Under the pieces are notes generated by a model. That model did not search any database, had not been told where the DNA came from, and saw only the letters and a program-made list of their open reading frames with translations. A stretch of DNA of 64,000 bases from assembly GCA_003279605.1 (NCBI GenBank), contig QCHF01000002.1:456455-520454 (forward strand), given 5' to 3'. Each line of letters starts with the position of its first letter. The first letter of the stretch is position 1. This document shows, one piece after another, positions 61,814-64,000 of the stretch. The position numbers and the translations under genes are program-made. The DNA is from SAR86 cluster bacterium AG-390-O18. GTDB taxonomy: Bacteria; Pseudomonadota; Gammaproteobacteria; Magnimaribacterales; AG-339-G14.

Positions 61814-63724
61814 ATGTCGCAGTTAATGAGAAATATTTTAGTTTGGCTTGCAATTTCAGGTATTACTTTCGTTGCTATCCAAAACATTTACAATCAAAGT
61901 CCATCACAGAATATGAATTATTCTGAATTCGTATCTCTGGTTAATAAAGATCAGATTTCGCAAGTATCCTTTAAAGGTGATGGCTATACCATTGAAGGGA
62001 TCACTCAAGAAGGAAACTCTTTTACAACAACTCGCCCCCTTTACGTACAAGATGATCAGTTAATGACAGATCTTTTTGAGCACAGAGTTGAAGTTTTGGG
62101 AGAAGAGCCTCAAAGAGAAAGTATCTGGACACAACTTCTAGTAGCTAGCTTCCCAATTCTCATAATCTTAGCCATTTTCTTTTTCTTCATGCGTCAAATG
62201 CAAGGAGGTATGGGAGGCCGTGGCGGCCCAATGTCATTTGGTAAGAGCAAAGCAAGAATGCTAGAAGGTGGAAAAGTAAAAACAACATTCAGAGATGTAG
62301 CTGGAGTAGAAGAAGCAAAAGAAGAAGTTCAAGAACTGGTAGATTTTTTAAGAGATCCTTCAAAATTTCAAAAACTTGGGGGAAAAATTCCTCGTGGTAT
62401 TTTAATGGTAGGTTCTCCTGGAACAGGTAAAACATTACTTGCTAGAGCAATAGCTGGAGAGGCTAAAGTACCATTTTTTACCATTTCAGGTTCTGATTTT
62501 GTAGAAATGTTTGTTGGAGTTGGAGCTTCTAGAGTAAGAGACATGTTCGAACAAGCCAAACGCCAAGCACCTTGTATTGTATTCATTGATGAAATTGATG
62601 CAGTAGGTCGTCATAGAGGAGCAGGTCTAGGTGGAGGTCATGATGAAAGAGAGCAAACACTTAACCAGCTTTTAGTTGAAATGGATGGTTTTGAAGCTAA
62701 TGAAGGAATCATTATCATCGCCGCTACAAATAGACCAGATGTTTTAGATCCTGCTTTATTGAGACCTGGAAGGTTTGACCGTCAGGTGGTTGTACCACTT
62801 CCAGATATCAAAGGAAGAGAACAGATTCTTAACGTTCATGTTCGGAAAGTTCCAATCGATCAGGATGTTGAAACTTCTTATATAGCAAGAGGGACGCCAG
62901 GTTTTTCAGGAGCAGATTTAGCAAATTTAGTTAATGAAGCTGCTTTATTCGCTGCTCGATCCGGTAAAAAGAAAGTCTCCATGGAAGAATTAGAGCTTGC
63001 TAAAGACAAAGTAATGATGGGTGCTGAAAGACGTAGCATGGTAATGAGTTTGGATGAAAAAACAAAAACTGCTTATCACGAGGCAGGCCACACCATTGTT
63101 GGAAGAGCCTTAGAACACCATGATCCAGTTTATAAAGTTTCAATTATTCCACGTGGAAGGGCTCTTGGAGTTACCGTATTTCTGCCTGAAGAAGATAAAT
63201 ATAGTTACAGCAAAGAATCCATTTTAGATAGAATTTGTGGATTGTTTGGAGGAAGAATTGCCGAAGAATTAATTTACGGTGAAGGCGGAGTAACAACTGG
63301 AGCATCTAACGATATAGAGAGAGCTACAGAACTAGCAAGAAATATGGTCACTAAATGGGGCTTATCCGATAAATTAGGTCCAATTAAATACGATGAAGAA
63401 ACCGATGAACCTTTTCTTGGAAGAAGTGCAGGTTCAAAATCTACTTCTGTTTCAGATAAAACTGCAAACTTAATTGATGAAGAATCAAAAAAAATTATCG
63501 ACACGTGTTACAAAAAAGCTACAAAACTTTTGAAAGATAACTTAGATAAGCTTCATATGATGGCCGAATCTCTTGTAGAGCTTGAAACCCTAACGAGTGA
63601 TCAGATTGATGACATCATGGCTGGAGCTAAACCAAGAAGTAATGATGACGATGATATTTCTTCTGATAAAGATAATAAAAAAGGAGAAGAACCTCCTATT
63701 AAGGATCCTGCAGAACAAGTCTAA
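61814..63724 (+). CDS. ftsH: ATP-dependent zinc metalloprotease FtsH
   Basis: [20 protein letters not shown] and HEAGH motifs. Confidence 0.99.
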   Translation: MSQLMRNILVWLAISGITFVAIQNIYNQSPSQNMNYSEFVSLVNKDQISQVSFKGDGYTIEGITQEGNSFTTTRPLYVQDDQLMTDLFEHRVEVLGEEPQRESIWTQLLVASFPILIILAIFFFFMRQMQGGMGGRGGPMSFGKSKARMLEGGKVKTTFRDVAGVEEAKEEVQELVDFLRDPSKFQKLGGKIPRGILMVGSPGTGKTLLARAIAGEAKVPFFTISGSDFVEMFVGVGASRVRDMFEQAKRQAPCIVFIDEIDAVGRHRGAGLGGGHDEREQTLNQLLVEMDGFEANEGIIIIAATNRPDVLDPALLRPGRFDRQVVVPLPDIKGREQILNVHVRKVPIDQDVETSYIARGTPGFSGADLANLVNEAALFAARSGKKKVSMEELELAKDKVMMGAERRSMVMSLDEKTKTAYHEAGHTIVGRALEHHDPVYKVSIIPRGRALGVTVFLPEEDKYSYSKESILDRICGLFGGRIAEELIYGEGGVTTGASNDIERATELARNMVTKWGLSDKLGPIKYDEETDEPFLGRSAGSKSTSVSDKTANLIDEESKKIIDTCYKKATKLLKDNLDKLHMMAESLVELETLTSDQIDDIMAGAKPRSNDDDDISSDKDNKKGEEPPIKDPAEQV

Positions 63725-63735
63725 AGCTTCCTAAC

Positions 63736-64000
63736 ATGCTCTTTCCAAAAAAAGAGTTAGATCTTTCTTCCCCAAAAGTCATGGGGGTTTTGAACCTAAC
63801 GCCTGACTCTTTTTTTGATGGAGGCAAATTTCTTAAAAAAGATAATACTTTTGATGAATCAAAAGTACTTAATTCAATTGAATCAATGATTGAAGATGGC
63901 GCTGATTTAATTGATATCGGAGCTCATAGTACAAAACCTGGATTTACCAAATTACCCCCTGAAGAAGAACTGGATCGAATAGGATTTATTTTTGAAAAGT
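63736..64000 (+). CDS. folP: Dihydropteroate synthase, 3'-truncated by the window edge
   Basis: Manual translation gives PKVMGVLNLTPDSFFDGG...GADLIDIGAHSTKPG...EEELDR; follows ftsH. Confidence 0.93.
   Translation, partial: MLFPKKELDLSSPKVMGVLNLTPDSFFDGGKFLKKDNTFDESKVLNSIESMIEDGADLIDIGAHSTKPGFTKLPPEEELDRIGFIFEK

Noticed and set aside
309-63504. Many 60-156 aa ORFs antisense to or nested in core genes (for example 7421-7855, 20865-21275, 22879-23349, 43361-43741, 58605-58946)
   Set aside because: They are shadow frames of well-supported genes and show no recognisable motifs.
1-64000. CRISPR arrays, IS elements, integrases, prophage genes or known defence systems
   Set aside because: No spaced direct repeats or recombinase, transposase or phage motifs were seen, and nearly all sequence is accounted for by the listed genes.

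Overview
Core-genome segment of a streamlined, AT-rich gammaproteobacterium. The compact gene packing and Pseudomonas-like gene order suggest a SAR86-like marine lineage, but that placement is inference. Most genes are housekeeping: end of the alpha operon, uvrA/ssb, fabA/fabB, rplU-rpmA-obgE-proB, rpsT, ssrA/smpB, bamE/fur/grpE-dnaK-dnaJ-dapB, the rpsB-to-tilS cluster, leuA, valS/holC/pepA/lptFG, dapD/dapC/map and carAB-greA-rlmE-ftsH-folP. I saw no integrase, transposase, tRNA, rRNA or CRISPR array. The most notable observations are: (1) an accessory islet at about 51.8-53.5 kb with a 57-aa zinc-ribbon/TM microprotein missing from the ORF track, a divergent orphan membrane protein and a CPBP protease; (2) a candidate pyrimidine-sensing attenuator upstream of carA; (3) a roughly 38.7-kb block whose ends swap the conserved dapB-carA and map-rpsB adjacencies; (4) no pyrH between tsf and frr; (5) a probable minimal DNA polymerase III psi subunit; (6) an AKR-GNAT-PPIase-like-HupE/UreJ gene run of unknown function; (7) several apparently leaderless genes; (8) an atypical tmRNA tag and a remodelled DnaJ zinc finger. 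All calls come from reading the sequence and motif recognition; no database searches were run.
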